Origin: Candidatus Brocadiia bacterium
GTDB taxonomy: Bacteria; Planctomycetota; Brocadiia; CAIUPP01
DNA length: 64,000 nt
Direction of reading: 5' to 3'
NCBI GenBank assembly: GCA_050015075.1
Contig: JBEKCB010000015.1
Coordinates: forward strand, 1-64,000
In this document: positions 18,916 through 28,527 of the stretch, piece by piece
Numbering within the stretch: the first letter of the stretch is position 1
Layout of the letters: each line of letters starts with the position of its first letter
Position numbers and translations under genes: made by a program
The notes under the pieces: generated by a model
What the model was told of the DNA's origin: nothing
The model's input: the letters and a program-made list of their open reading frames with translations, nothing else
The model's database searches: none

Positions 18916-21827
18916 GGGACGGCTGCCTCCAGCATAGCCGCCAGGGCGCGGGAGAAGCGTTCGATCTCCTTCTCCAAAACGGCATAGGCCTCGTCGGCGC
19001 GCGAAAGGTCGTCCCCGGCGCGCATTTTTTCCAGGCGCAGCGCCGCCTCGGCGGCTGATTTCGCGCCCAGGTTCGCGAGCATGCCCTTGATCGTGTGCGC
19101 GGCCTTGCCGAGAGCGTCGCCGTTGCGTTCGGTCATCGCCTCGCGCACCCGCGTGAGCAGCTTGGGACACTCGCTGTCGAAGATGCCGTGGAGTTCCCGG
19201 AGCAGCGCGATGTCGCCGTCCACACGCGAGAGGATCTCGTCCTTGTCGAGCGCGCCGTTCTGCGGCCGTTCGGGCGGCGGCTCGGCGCGCACCGGGGCCG
19301 GCGCGGGAGTCCGGTCGTTCGCCGTGAGCCGATCAATCACCGCGAAAAGGTCCTTGGCATGGATCGGCTTCGAGACGTAGTCATCCATGCCCGCGGCCAG
19401 GCAGCGTTCGCGGTCGCCCTTCATCGCATGCGCGGTCAGGGCGACGATGGGCGTGTGGCAGCCGGTCTTCGCCTCGCGCTTGCGGAGTTCGGCCGTCGCC
19501 TCGTAGCCGTCCATGTTCGGCATCTGCACGTCCATCAGCACCACCGCGAACTCGCCGGGCGCGGCCTTCTCGAGGATGTCGAGCGCCTTCCTGCCGTTTT
19601 CGGCGACCTGGATCGAGTAGCCGCGCTTTTCGAGCAGGCGGACGGCCAGCATCTGGTTGACGGGATTGTCCTCGGCGAGCAGGAGCCGCAGGCCGGCGCC
19701 GCTTTTCTCCTCGCGTAGGGAATGGCGCGTCACGAGGCGCACGTGATCCTGCGGCGCCTGCGCTGAGCCGAGCACGCGCACGATCGCGTCGAGCAGGTCG
19801 GATTGGGTGATCGGCTTGACGAGGTACGCCGCAACCCCCAGCTTGCTGCAGCGGGCGGCGTCGCCGCGGATGCCGACCGAGGTCAGCATCATGATCGTCG
19901 CGTTGGCGAGCGCGGGCTCCTCCTTGATCTTCTCCGCGATGACGAATCCGTCCATGCCGGGCATGTTCGCGTCGAGGATCACCAGGCCGAAGGGCGCGCG
20001 GGCGTTTTTCGCCTCCTTCATCATATCGAGCGCCGTGCGGCCGCCGTCGGCGAAGCGCAGGTTCATGCGCCAGCCCTTGAGCATGTCGGCCAGCAGGCGG
20101 CGGTTCGTCGCATTGTCGTCGGCGACGAGCACGGGCAGGTTCTCGAGATTCGGCAGCGTCATGGGCGGGGCGGCGCTCGGAGCGGAGCCGAGCGCGAACC
20201 GGAGGCTGAAATGGAACACGGTGCCCGGCCCGCCCATCGGCGAGCGCAGCGGCGAAGGGCTTTCGACCCAGATGCGACCGTCCATCATCGTGACGAGCCG
20301 CGAGGAAATCGCCAGGCCCAGCCCGGTGCCGCCGTACTTGCGCGTCGTCGAGCTGTCCGCCTGGAAGAAGGCGCCGAAGATGCGCGCCTGTTTGACCGCC
20401 GGGATGCCGATGCCGGTGTCGGAGACGTCGAACAGCAGGCGCACGTCTCCGTCGCGCCGCAGTTCCAGGTTCACGTGGAGAGCAACCTCGCCGCGCTCGG
20501 TGAACTTGATGGCGTTGCCGACGAGGTTGACCACGATCTGCCGCAGTCGGCCGGCGTCGCCGATGAGCGAGTCGGGCACGTTCGGCTCGACGTGGTAGAT
20601 CAGTTCGAGGCCCTTCGCGTGCGCGCGGACGGCGAGCGTTTTGAGCGTTTCGCTGATGCTGCTGCGCAGGCTGAACTCGATCGGCTCGAGCTCCAGGCGG
20701 CCGGCCTCGATCTTCGAGATGTCGAGGATGTCGTTGAGCAGCGTCAGCAGCGAGTCGGCGGACCCCTTGAGCGCTTCGAGGTACTCGCGCTGCTCGCGGG
20801 TAAGCGTCGTGTCGAGCACCAGTTCGGTCATGCCGATCACGCCGTTCATCGGCGTGCGGATCTCGTGGCTCATGTTCGCGAGGAATTCGCTCTTCGAACG
20901 GCTGGCGGCCTCGGCGAGTTCCTTCGCCGCTTTCAGCTCGACCTCGGCGAGTTTCCGCTGCGTCACGTCGAGCACGAACACGACCATGCCGATCGGCTGG
21001 CTCCGGCCTTCCTTGAGCATCGAGACCTTCAGCTCGGCGCGGAACGTGGCACCGTCCTTGCGGACGTGCATCACCTCGCCGGTGTGGTAGCCGTTGAGCC
21101 GGACGAGTTCCAGGAACGCCTCCTGCGTGGTGACCTGGCCAGAGGCGTAGAGCGTCTTGAGGTGCTTGCCGATCAGCTCGGTCGGCTGGTAGCCGTGAAG
21201 CGCCGCCATCGTCGCGTTGGCGAACGTGATATTGCCGTTCATATCGGTCGCCGCGATGCCCTGCGCGGCCTGCTCGATCATCAGGCTGAATCGGCGCGAC
21301 TCCAGGCGCAGCTTGCGGCCTTCCGTCACATCCTCGAACGACACCACCACGCCGTCCGGCGTGCCGTCGGCGCCGGGCATCGGAGAAGCGGTCATGGCAA
21401 TCGGGCGCTCGACGCCCTCCTTGGAGACCAGCGCCGTGAAGCTCGAGAACGTGCACGGCCTTCCCTCGCGCAGCGCTTTCTCGGCGATGTTCTCCGCCGG
21501 CTGGCGCGTTTCCTCGGAGACCGCGTTGAAGACCTCCGGGAACGGCCGGCCCAGCGCTTCCCTGCTGGAGAACCCGGTCAACTGTTCGGCGACGCCGTTC
21601 ATCAGAGTCACGCGTCCGGCCCGGTCCGTGCAGACGAGGCCCTCGGCCAGGCTCTCGAGCACCGTGCCGAGATGGTTGGCGTCTCGGTCGGCGACGCTGT
21701 GCGTCTGGACCGCGTGGGCCGATGATTCCGCCGGCCCGGGTGACGCGGCCGACCGGGTCGTACTCCGACCAATCCAGAAGGCGGCGCCCGCGCCGGCCGC
21801 CGCCAGAAGTGCCCAGACGACGAACAT
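18912..21827 (-). CDS. hybrid sensor histidine kinase (PAS-PAS-HisKA-HATPase-REC-REC-HPt)
   Basis: FLANMSHEIRTPMNG, NLVGNAIKFT, GGTGLGL, two receiver domains, AHTIKG HPt. Confidence 0.95.
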   Translation of the reverse strand: MFVVWALLAAAGAGAAFWIGRSTTRSAASPGPAESSAHAVQTHSVADRDANHLGTVLESLAEGLVCTDRAGRVTLMNGVAEQLTGFSSREALGRPFPEVFNAVSEETRQPAENIAEKALREGRPCTFSSFTALVSKEGVERPIAMTASPMPGADGTPDGVVVSFEDVTEGRKLRLESRRFSLMIEQAAQGIAATDMNGNITFANATMAALHGYQPTELIGKHLKTLYASGQVTTQEAFLELVRLNGYHTGEVMHVRKDGATFRAELKVSMLKEGRSQPIGMVVFVLDVTQRKLAEVELKAAKELAEAASRSKSEFLANMSHEIRTPMNGVIGMTELVLDTTLTREQREYLEALKGSADSLLTLLNDILDISKIEAGRLELEPIEFSLRSSISETLKTLAVRAHAKGLELIYHVEPNVPDSLIGDAGRLRQIVVNLVGNAIKFTERGEVALHVNLELRRDGDVRLLFDVSDTGIGIPAVKQARIFGAFFQADSSTTRKYGGTGLGLAISSRLVTMMDGRIWVESPSPLRSPMGGPGTVFHFSLRFALGSAPSAAPPMTLPNLENLPVLVADDNATNRRLLADMLKGWRMNLRFADGGRTALDMMKEAKNARAPFGLVILDANMPGMDGFVIAEKIKEEPALANATIMMLTSVGIRGDAARCSKLGVAAYLVKPITQSDLLDAIVRVLGSAQAPQDHVRLVTRHSLREEKSGAGLRLLLAEDNPVNQMLAVRLLEKRGYSIQVAENGRKALDILEKAAPGEFAVVLMDVQMPNMDGYEATAELRKREAKTGCHTPIVALTAHAMKGDRERCLAAGMDDYVSKPIHAKDLFAVIDRLTANDRTPAPAPVRAEPPPERPQNGALDKDEILSRVDGDIALLRELHGIFDSECPKLLTRVREAMTERNGDALGKAAHTIKGMLANLGAKSAAEAALRLEKMRAGDDLSRADEAYAVLEKEIERFSRALAAMLEAAVP

Positions 21828-21923
21828 CGTCTATCTCCGAGAAGGGTCCGTTTTCCCTTGTATAATTATCGGCGGCTGGGGGGTGTCGTTTAGGCGCGGC
21901 GCGGCCGCCACGGACGCCGGCCG

Positions 21924-21963
21924 CAAGTTTCCGCATTGCATTTGCGGCGGAAACTTGTACAAT
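21924..21963 (+). promoter_or_regulatory. purO promoter with overlapping 11-bp inverted repeat
   Basis: TTGCAT-16 bp-TACAAT; CAAGTTTCCGC-N12-GCGGAAACTTG brackets the -35 box. Confidence 0.5.
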
Positions 21964-21991
21964 TCCGAAGGGCGAAGAAAGGAGACTCCAC

Positions 21992-22624
21992 ATGTACGTA
22001 GGACGAATCGTGGCCGTCGGCAGGAATCGCAAGGGTCAACTGGCTGCGCTGTACCGCGTCTCCTCGCGCTCGTATCCGAATCGCGAGGCGCAGATCAAGG
22101 ACAACGCCGTCGTCATCGTGCCGAAGAAAGGCTCGGAGGGCGACGTTTTCAAGAGCCCGTACATCGCGTACAATTGCTTGCGGATCGCCGGTCGGACCGC
22201 GGTGGCGACGAACGGGTCGCAGACGGACGCGATCACGGAGAAGATCGCCGCGGGCATGCCGCCGCGCGACGCGTTCACCTTGAGTCTGCTGGCGCTCGAC
22301 TACGAGAAAGACTCGTACAATACGCCGCGTATCGCTGCGGCGGTGACTGCGGGCGGCGACGCCGGATACCTGGGCGTGGTCCGCGAGGACGGGCTCGACG
22401 TGTGCCGGCTCAAGCTGGAGCCGGGCGAGTGCTTCTTCGTCTCCACGTATGAGACCAACCGCGTCTCGCGGGCGCAGCGCGGCGAGTTCGACGCCGCCGA
22501 CGCGCGTGAAGGCGCCGAGTTCATTTTCCGCGGCGGCGTATTCGCCGAAATGACCAACGCCGTGACCGGCGTCTGTGCCATCGAGAAGGACGGCCGGTTC
22601 GAGATCGCCGTCGCGCAGGCCTGA
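21992..22624 (+). CDS. purO: IMP cyclohydrolase, archaeal PurO type
   Basis: MYVGRI, YRVSSRSYPNR, PYIAYNC, TNGSQTD, DYEKDSYNTPRIA. Confidence 0.9.
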   Translation: MYVGRIVAVGRNRKGQLAALYRVSSRSYPNREAQIKDNAVVIVPKKGSEGDVFKSPYIAYNCLRIAGRTAVATNGSQTDAITEKIAAGMPPRDAFTLSLLALDYEKDSYNTPRIAAAVTAGGDAGYLGVVREDGLDVCRLKLEPGECFFVSTYETNRVSRAQRGEFDAADAREGAEFIFRGGVFAEMTNAVTGVCAIEKDGRFEIAVAQA

Positions 22625-22653
22625 GACGCGGAGAACCCAGGAAGGAGATTACC

Positions 22654-22830
22654 CTGACAGCGGCCATACTCGCACTCGGCATTGTGCTCATCGGGACGGT
22701 GCTGGTCGCGCTGCTCATGCTCTCCCGGATCGGGCGCCGGGTTGATCGGCTCGCTGAGCAGACGCAGGAACTCGTCAAACACGCCGAACAGGAGTTCGCG
22801 CCCAAGCAGCCGCCCGAGAAGCAGGGTTGA
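22654..22830 (+). CDS. small single-TM protein, probable CTG start
   Basis: AGGAAGGAG RBS 6 nt before CTG; TAAILALGIVLIGTVLVALLML TM segment then a charged helix; host-like codon usage. Confidence 0.5.
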   Translation: MTAAILALGIVLIGTVLVALLMLSRIGRRVDRLAEQTQELVKHAEQEFAPKQPPEKQG

Positions 22831-22935
22831 CCGGCGAAGAGGCGATCGCCGGCGGATGATTGGCGCTTGCGGCCGAAACAGTGTAAAATCGCCAGTCATC
22901 CATCTGCTGGCAACCATCATAAGGGCGCTGTCCGC

Positions 22936-24018
22936 ATGTCCGATTCCACCGCCATCCGCCGGCGAAAGCGCGAGCACCTTGAAATCTGCCGGCGACAGCC
23001 GGTCGAGTTCCGGCGGAAACGGACCTGGCTGGAACACGTGGAACTCGTCCACCAGGCGCTGCCCGCGTTTTCAGCGGAGGACCTGGATACCTCGATCGAG
23101 TTCCTGGGGCGAAAGCTCTCGAGGCCGTTCCTGATCGGCGCGATGACCGGCGGGACTCCCGAGTCGCTGAGCGTCAATCGGCGCCTGGCGCAGCTCGCCG
23201 CGCGGAAAGGGATCGGCCTGGCGCTGGGCAGCCAGCGCGCGATGATCGCCGACGATTCGCTCACGAGGACCTACCAGCTTCGCGACGTCGCGCCGGACAT
23301 CCTGCTGCTGGGCAACATCGGCCTGTCGCAGGCGGCGAGCATGAAGCCCGGCGAGGTTGAGCGCCTGGTCGCGCGGATCGGCGCGGACGGGATTTGCCTG
23401 CACCTGAACTCGGCGATGGAGCTGGTGCAGCGCGGCGGCGATGCCGCGCCGCAGCGTTCTTCCGCCGTGATCGGCCGCCTCTGCCGAGCGCTCGGCGACC
23501 GGTTGGTGGTCAAAGAGACCGGTTGCGGCGTGTCGCGCGAGACCGCCGCGCGCCTGGCCCGGCTCGGCGTTCGGACGCTCGACGTGGCCGGCGCGGGCGG
23601 AACTTCGTGGGTGCGCGTGGAGAACCTGCGGAACCGCTCAGCCGCCGCCGGGCTGGAGGAACTCGAAGAGTGGGGCATCCCGACCGCGGCATCGCTCCTG
23701 GAGGTCCGCCGGCTGAAACTCCGCGTGATCGCCTCGGGCGGACTGCGGACCGGGTTCGACCTGGCCAAATCGCTTGCGCTCGGCGCGACGCTGGGCTCGG
23801 CGGCGCTGCCGCTGCTCCGCGCGCTCGACCGCGGCGGAGTCGGGGCGGCCGAGCGCTGGCTCGATTCCGTCTTCGACGGCCTCCGCGCCGCCATGTTCCT
23901 GACCGGCTGCCGCGACCTCGATGCGCTTCGTGCGGCGCCCGTCGTCATTTCCGGCCCTCTGCTCGAATGGGCGAACTGGCGAGGGCTTTGGAGGAATTCA
24001 CGTGAACGAGCAACATAA
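22936..24018 (+). CDS. fni: type 2 (FMN-dependent) isopentenyl-diphosphate isomerase
   Basis: RKREHLEI, GAMTGG, GSQRA, HLN..ME, VKETGCG, AGAGGTSW, WGIPTA, SGGLR. Confidence 0.93.
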   Translation: MSDSTAIRRRKREHLEICRRQPVEFRRKRTWLEHVELVHQALPAFSAEDLDTSIEFLGRKLSRPFLIGAMTGGTPESLSVNRRLAQLAARKGIGLALGSQRAMIADDSLTRTYQLRDVAPDILLLGNIGLSQAASMKPGEVERLVARIGADGICLHLNSAMELVQRGGDAAPQRSSAVIGRLCRALGDRLVVKETGCGVSRETAARLARLGVRTLDVAGAGGTSWVRVENLRNRSAAAGLEELEEWGIPTAASLLEVRRLKLRVIASGGLRTGFDLAKSLALGATLGSAALPLLRALDRGGVGAAERWLDSVFDGLRAAMFLTGCRDLDALRAAPVVISGPLLEWANWRGLWRNSRERAT

Positions 24019-25417
24019 CGGCCGCTCCTCGCGCCTGCCCGGCTTCTACAAGCTGGGGGTCGAGGAAAGGATCGAGAAACTCTCGGGCCTCATCGAGCTG
24101 ACGCGCGAGGAGCAGTACCATCTCCGGCACGAAGCGCTCTCGCCGGCGCTGGCCGACCAAATGGTCGAGAACGTGGTCGGCGTCTTCGGCCTGCCGTTCG
24201 GCGTGGCGGTGAACTTCCAGATTCAGGGGCGCGATTACCTCATCCCCATGGCCGTGGAGGAATCGTCCGTGGTCGCGGCCGCGAGCCACGTCGCCAAGCT
24301 CGTCCGCGAGCACGGCCGCATCACGGTCAGCTCCACCGACCCGGTCATGATCGGCCAGATCCAGATCGTCGGCGCGCCGGATCCGGAGGCGGCCCGCGCG
24401 CGCATCCTCCAGGCCCGCGAGCGGATCCTGGAGATCGCCAACGAGCAGGACCCAGTGCTCAAGGAAGTCGGCGGCGGGGCCAGGGACATCCAGGTGCGCG
24501 TCCTGCAGACCGTGCGCGGGCCGATGGTCATCGTGCATCTGCTGGTGGACGTGCGCAACGCGATGGGGGCGAACGCCGTGAACACGATGGCCGAGGCGCT
24601 GTCGCTTTTCCTCGAAGGGCTCACCGGCGGCAAGGTGCTGCTGCGCATCGTCAGCAACCTGGCGGACCGCCGCCTCGCGCGCGCGCGGCTCGAGGTTGCC
24701 CCGTCGGCGTTCGACGAGCACGGCTGGAAGGGCGAAGAGGTCGTCGAGGGCATCCTGAACGCCTACGCGTTCGCGCTGGCCGACCCGTACCGCGCGGCGA
24801 CGCACAACAAGGGCGTGATGAACGGGATTGACGCGCTGATGATCGCCACCGGGAACGACTGGCGCGCGATCGAGGCCGGCGCGCATGCCTACGCGGCGCG
24901 CAACGGGCGATACGAGCCGCTGACGAAGTGGTCCCGCGCGGAGGACGGGAAGCTCATCGGCGAGATCGAGGTGCCGATGGCGGTCGGCCTGATCGGCGGG
25001 GCGACGAAGGTGCATCCGGTCGCGAAGGTCGCGCTGAAAATCCTCGGCGTGACGACCGCGCAGGAACTCGGCGAGGTCGCCGCAGCCGTCGGGCTCGTGC
25101 AGAACCTGGCGGCGCTGCGCAGCCTGGTGACCGAGGGCATCCAGAAGGGACACATGAGCCTGCACGCGCGCAACGTGGCGGTTTCTGCCGGCGCCGCGGG
25201 CGAGGCGGTGGGCCAGGTCGCCAGCCAGATGGTCCGAGAAGGCCGGATCGGCTTCGACCGCGCCAAGCAGATCCTGCGCCACGCCCTGCGCGCCGCCGAG
25301 CGCGAAGTGCAGAAGCTCGAAACGCGGCTGGGCGAAGAACCCGCAAAGGAAGGCCCGAAGTCCAAGCCTGCGCCTGAGCCCGGGAAAGAGCCGAAGCCGC
25401 CGGCGGAAGGCTCATAA
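24002..25417 (+). CDS. mvaA: class II hydroxymethylglutaryl-CoA reductase
   Basis: ENVVG, MAVEESSVVAA, NAMGANAVN, RAATHNKGVMNG, GNDWRAIEAG, GIQKGHMSLHARN; GGAGG RBS before GTG. Confidence 0.93.
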   Translation: MNEQHNGRSSRLPGFYKLGVEERIEKLSGLIELTREEQYHLRHEALSPALADQMVENVVGVFGLPFGVAVNFQIQGRDYLIPMAVEESSVVAAASHVAKLVREHGRITVSSTDPVMIGQIQIVGAPDPEAARARILQARERILEIANEQDPVLKEVGGGARDIQVRVLQTVRGPMVIVHLLVDVRNAMGANAVNTMAEALSLFLEGLTGGKVLLRIVSNLADRRLARARLEVAPSAFDEHGWKGEEVVEGILNAYAFALADPYRAATHNKGVMNGIDALMIATGNDWRAIEAGAHAYAARNGRYEPLTKWSRAEDGKLIGEIEVPMAVGLIGGATKVHPVAKVALKILGVTTAQELGEVAAAVGLVQNLAALRSLVTEGIQKGHMSLHARNVAVSAGAAGEAVGQVASQMVREGRIGFDRAKQILRHALRAAEREVQKLETRLGEEPAKEGPKSKPAPEPGKEPKPPAEGS

Positions 25418-25442
25418 GAATCTGAATTCTGAATGCGGCCGA

Positions 25443-25817
25443 TTACTTCTTCGCCTTCGGCTTTCCTTCCTCGACGTGCTCCAGGCGAATCTTCTCTCCC
25501 GATTTGACGCGGGCGAAGAGCTTTGCCTCGCCGTCGAGCGCGCCGAGCACGTTGACCGGGCTGTAAGGCTCCTGGCCGAAGAAGATGCAGAAGGCGTGTC
25601 CCGGCGGCCAGTAGGCGATCGTGCCGGAGGGCACTTCGGCGTGCGGGTCCTGCTCCGGCGCATGGAGCGGCGTCTCGAAGTAGACCTCTTCGCCCCAGGT
25701 TTGCGCGTGCGACTCGATCGGCAGAATCTTGAGGAGCTTCTTCGCGGTCTCCGACTCGTTGAGCGTCGCCGTCATCGAGACGTTGGCGTCCTTCGCAACA
25801 ATGCGTAACTTTGCCAT
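25443..25817 (-). CDS. cyclophilin-like fold protein (TM1367-like)
   Basis: LPIES..QTWGEEVYF, GTIAYWPPGHAFCIFFG, SPVNVLG. Confidence 0.8.
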   Translation of the reverse strand: MAKLRIVAKDANVSMTATLNESETAKKLLKILPIESHAQTWGEEVYFETPLHAPEQDPHAEVPSGTIAYWPPGHAFCIFFGQEPYSPVNVLGALDGEAKLFARVKSGEKIRLEHVEEGKPKAKK

Positions 25818-25836
25818 GCGGTCCTCCTTCCGGCCG

Positions 25837-27060
25837 TTACAGCATATGTCCCAACTTCTCCTTCTTCGTCCGAAGGTATCTCTCGTTTTCCGGGTTGGAC
25901 GGAATGACGATGGGGACTCGCTCCACGATCTCCAGTCCGTAGCCGGCGAGAGCGCTGTACTTCTTCGGGTTGTTCGTCAGGAGGCGCAGGCGGCGGAGGC
26001 CGAGGTCCGCCAGGATCTGCGCGCCGATGCCGTAGTCGCGCTCGTCCGCGTAGAAGCCCAGCTTCTCATTCGCCTCGACGGTGTCGAGCCCCGTGTCCTG
26101 CAGCGCGTAGGCCCGGAGCTTGTTCTCGAGGCCGATGCCGCGTCCTTCCTGGTGCATGTAGAGCACCACGCCCTGGCCGGCCTGCTGCACCATGCGCATG
26201 CTCTCCTGCACTTGCTGCCGGCAGTCGCACCGCACCGAGCCGAGCGCGTCGCCGGTGAGGCATTCGGAGTGCACGCGCACGAGGACCGGCTCTTCGTGGA
26301 CATGTGAAGAACCGTCCTGGCGCGGGCGGATGTCGCCTTTGCAGAGGGCCAGGTGCAGGTCTTTGTCCACGGTGGTGCCGTACGTGTGGCAGATGAACTC
26401 GCCGGAGACGGTCGGCAGGCGGCAGGAGACGCGGTGCTCGACGAGGCGCTCCGTGCCGCGCCGATAACGGATCACGTCCTCGACCGCGCACATCTTCAGG
26501 CCGTGCTTGCGGCAGAACTCATGCAGTTGCGGCGCGCGCGCCATGGTGCCGTCCTCGTTCATGATCTCGCAGATCACGCCCGCCGGCTTCAGGCCGGCCA
26601 GCCGGCACAGGTCCACCGAGCCTTCGGTCTGGCCCGGCCGGACGAGGCAGCCGCCCTTGCGCGCGCGGATCGGAAAGATGTGCCCCGGCCTGGCGAGGTC
26701 TTCCGGACGGCAGTCGTCCGACGCGACGGTCAGGACCGTCGCGGCGCGGTCCGCCGCCGAAACGCCGGTCGTCACGTTTTTTTTGGCGTCAATCGTGACC
26801 GTGAAGCCGGTCCCGAAGGTGGACGTGTTGTCGGAAGTCTGAAACGGCAGGTTGAGTTGGTCGGCCTTCTCCGGCGTCAAGGTGAGGCAGACCAGCCCGC
26901 GGCCCTCTTTGAGCATGAAGTTGATCGCCTGCGGCGTGGCCTTCTCGGCCGCCAGGGTCAGGTCGCCTTCGTTCTCGCGCTTGGCGTCGTCCACGAGGAC
27001 GATCATCCGCCCGGCGCGCAGTTCATCCAGGATTTCACTGATCGGGCTGAGATCGCTCAT
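25837..27060 (-). CDS. ribBA: bifunctional DHBP synthase / GTP cyclohydrolase II
   Basis: [51 protein letters not shown]. Confidence 0.96.
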   Translation of the reverse strand: MSDLSPISEILDELRAGRMIVLVDDAKRENEGDLTLAAEKATPQAINFMLKEGRGLVCLTLTPEKADQLNLPFQTSDNTSTFGTGFTVTIDAKKNVTTGVSAADRAATVLTVASDDCRPEDLARPGHIFPIRARKGGCLVRPGQTEGSVDLCRLAGLKPAGVICEIMNEDGTMARAPQLHEFCRKHGLKMCAVEDVIRYRRGTERLVEHRVSCRLPTVSGEFICHTYGTTVDKDLHLALCKGDIRPRQDGSSHVHEEPVLVRVHSECLTGDALGSVRCDCRQQVQESMRMVQQAGQGVVLYMHQEGRGIGLENKLRAYALQDTGLDTVEANEKLGFYADERDYGIGAQILADLGLRRLRLLTNNPKKYSALAGYGLEIVERVPIVIPSNPENERYLRTKKEKLGHML

Positions 27061-27117
27061 GGCAAGTCCTGGCCCCGAGAATCGTGAGTATTCGGACACG
27101 CGAGTATATAACAGCGC

Positions 27118-28527
27118 CTACCGGTCGTCAACCGGGGCGAGCAGCGGCGCCGATCCTTTTGCGACGAGGTCCGCGATGTCTTCGCTATCGCCGAGATCGT
27201 GGAACGCCGCGCCGCTGTCCTCGGCGAACTGCTTCACGGACGGAATTTCGGGGAACGTCCCGATCGTGAAGACGCCGCACCGCGCGTGAGCGGCTTTCAA
27301 GTGGGCGACGGCCGCCGGCAGGCTCTCATCGGCCTTCCAGCCGTAGCACAGGAGAATCACGACGCGTTGCGAGCCGGGGAACTGCTCGAAGCTGTAGCTG
27401 ATGGTGTGAATCGCGTCGCCGATTCTGCCGAGATCGTCGCTCTCCCAATCCGGCGGCGCTTCACCGTGCGCATCCAGCGCCGGAATGAAGTGCAGGGATT
27501 GGCGCGGCGCCTTGTACGGGACGCCGGCGTGAGCGACGGTCACCGCGTCGAACGGCGTGGCTGCGGCGGCGATCCTGGCGATCTCCGACGCGGGATAGAT
27601 CAGGCCGTGGAAATGCCGCGACGCCCGCGACTCCTCCGCAACCGGCGCCGACTGGACCACGAGGACGACGATTTCGCGCTGCGGCGGCAGGGCGGGCCGG
27701 CCGGCCTTCTGCCATGCGGCCAGCCAGAACCCGGCGACCGCATTCGCCGCGTCGCGCGTGCGCGCCTCCACGATTTCGCCCGCGCCTTCGTTCAGCTTGA
27801 GATAATAGACTTCGCTGTCCAGGGGCGCCGCGCGCCGCGCCTCCGTGTCGGCTTTCAGGAACGCCGGACAGAAGCTCAGGCTGCGCTCGAGCTGCTGAAA
27901 AGTCCACTCGACCGGGTCGCCGACCGCGGTGATGCCGCTGGGCGCGATCATGGAGACGTTGTGGAAGCGGGCGACCATCTCCACCTCGATGCGGCGGTGG
28001 ATGCCGTTGTTGCCGGTCAACTGGCCGTCATAATTGTGCGTTGCGTGCAGCGGCATGGTCGTATCGGCGACGAAGTGGGAAAGATACGCGGCGGCCATGC
28101 GCGTCTCGACCCAATCGCGCTCGCGGAACGCCTTCACCAGCCGCTCGAACTCCCGGTTGACCGTCCAGGGCAGCAGGCCGTGCGCGACGACGGTCGCCGC
28201 GCCGACCTTCTTCTCCAGCTCGGCGCGGTCATGCGGCAGGTCTTTGAACGGGGGCTCGCCGTACGTGTCTATGTCCAGAAAATGCTCGGCGCGCTGCGCG
28301 GCGGTCCGGTTGGGGATGTAGTCCGGGTCGGTGCTGTGTCGCGCGATGAAATCGCTGTTGACCAGGAAGAACGGGCGGACTTCGTCGGGCAGGATAACCG
28401 CCGCGCCGCGGGAGACCGCGCGGTGCGTTTCGTCTCCCCAACCGAACGCCGCCGCGGCGACGCAGACGGTGAGGAACAGAGCGACGGTGCGCGCGCGCCA
28501 AGCCTTGCCGGTCAGAACGTGTCGCAT
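27118..28527 (-). CDS. secreted Zn-dependent phospholipase C / S1-P1 nuclease family protein with C-terminal vWA-like domain
   Basis: Signal peptide then WGDETH, DPD, EHFLDID, SHFVAD..MPLH, GIHRRIE. Confidence 0.75.
   Translation of the reverse strand: MRHVLTGKAWRARTVALFLTVCVAAAAFGWGDETHRAVSRGAAVILPDEVRPFFLVNSDFIARHSTDPDYIPNRTAAQRAEHFLDIDTYGEPPFKDLPHDRAELEKKVGAATVVAHGLLPWTVNREFERLVKAFRERDWVETRMAAAYLSHFVADTTMPLHATHNYDGQLTGNNGIHRRIEVEMVARFHNVSMIAPSGITAVGDPVEWTFQQLERSLSFCPAFLKADTEARRAAPLDSEVYYLKLNEGAGEIVEARTRDAANAVAGFWLAAWQKAGRPALPPQREIVVLVVQSAPVAEESRASRHFHGLIYPASEIARIAAAATPFDAVTVAHAGVPYKAPRQSLHFIPALDAHGEAPPDWESDDLGRIGDAIHTISYSFEQFPGSQRVVILLCYGWKADESLPAAVAHLKAAHARCGVFTIGTFPEIPSVKQFAEDSGAAFHDLGDSEDIADLVAKGSAPLLAPVDDR

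Noticed and set aside
17572-21827. Hybrid kinase plus REC-PP2C pair as a novel system
   Set aside because: A widespread, ordinary architecture; a link to the STAS gene at 29752 cannot be supported from sequence
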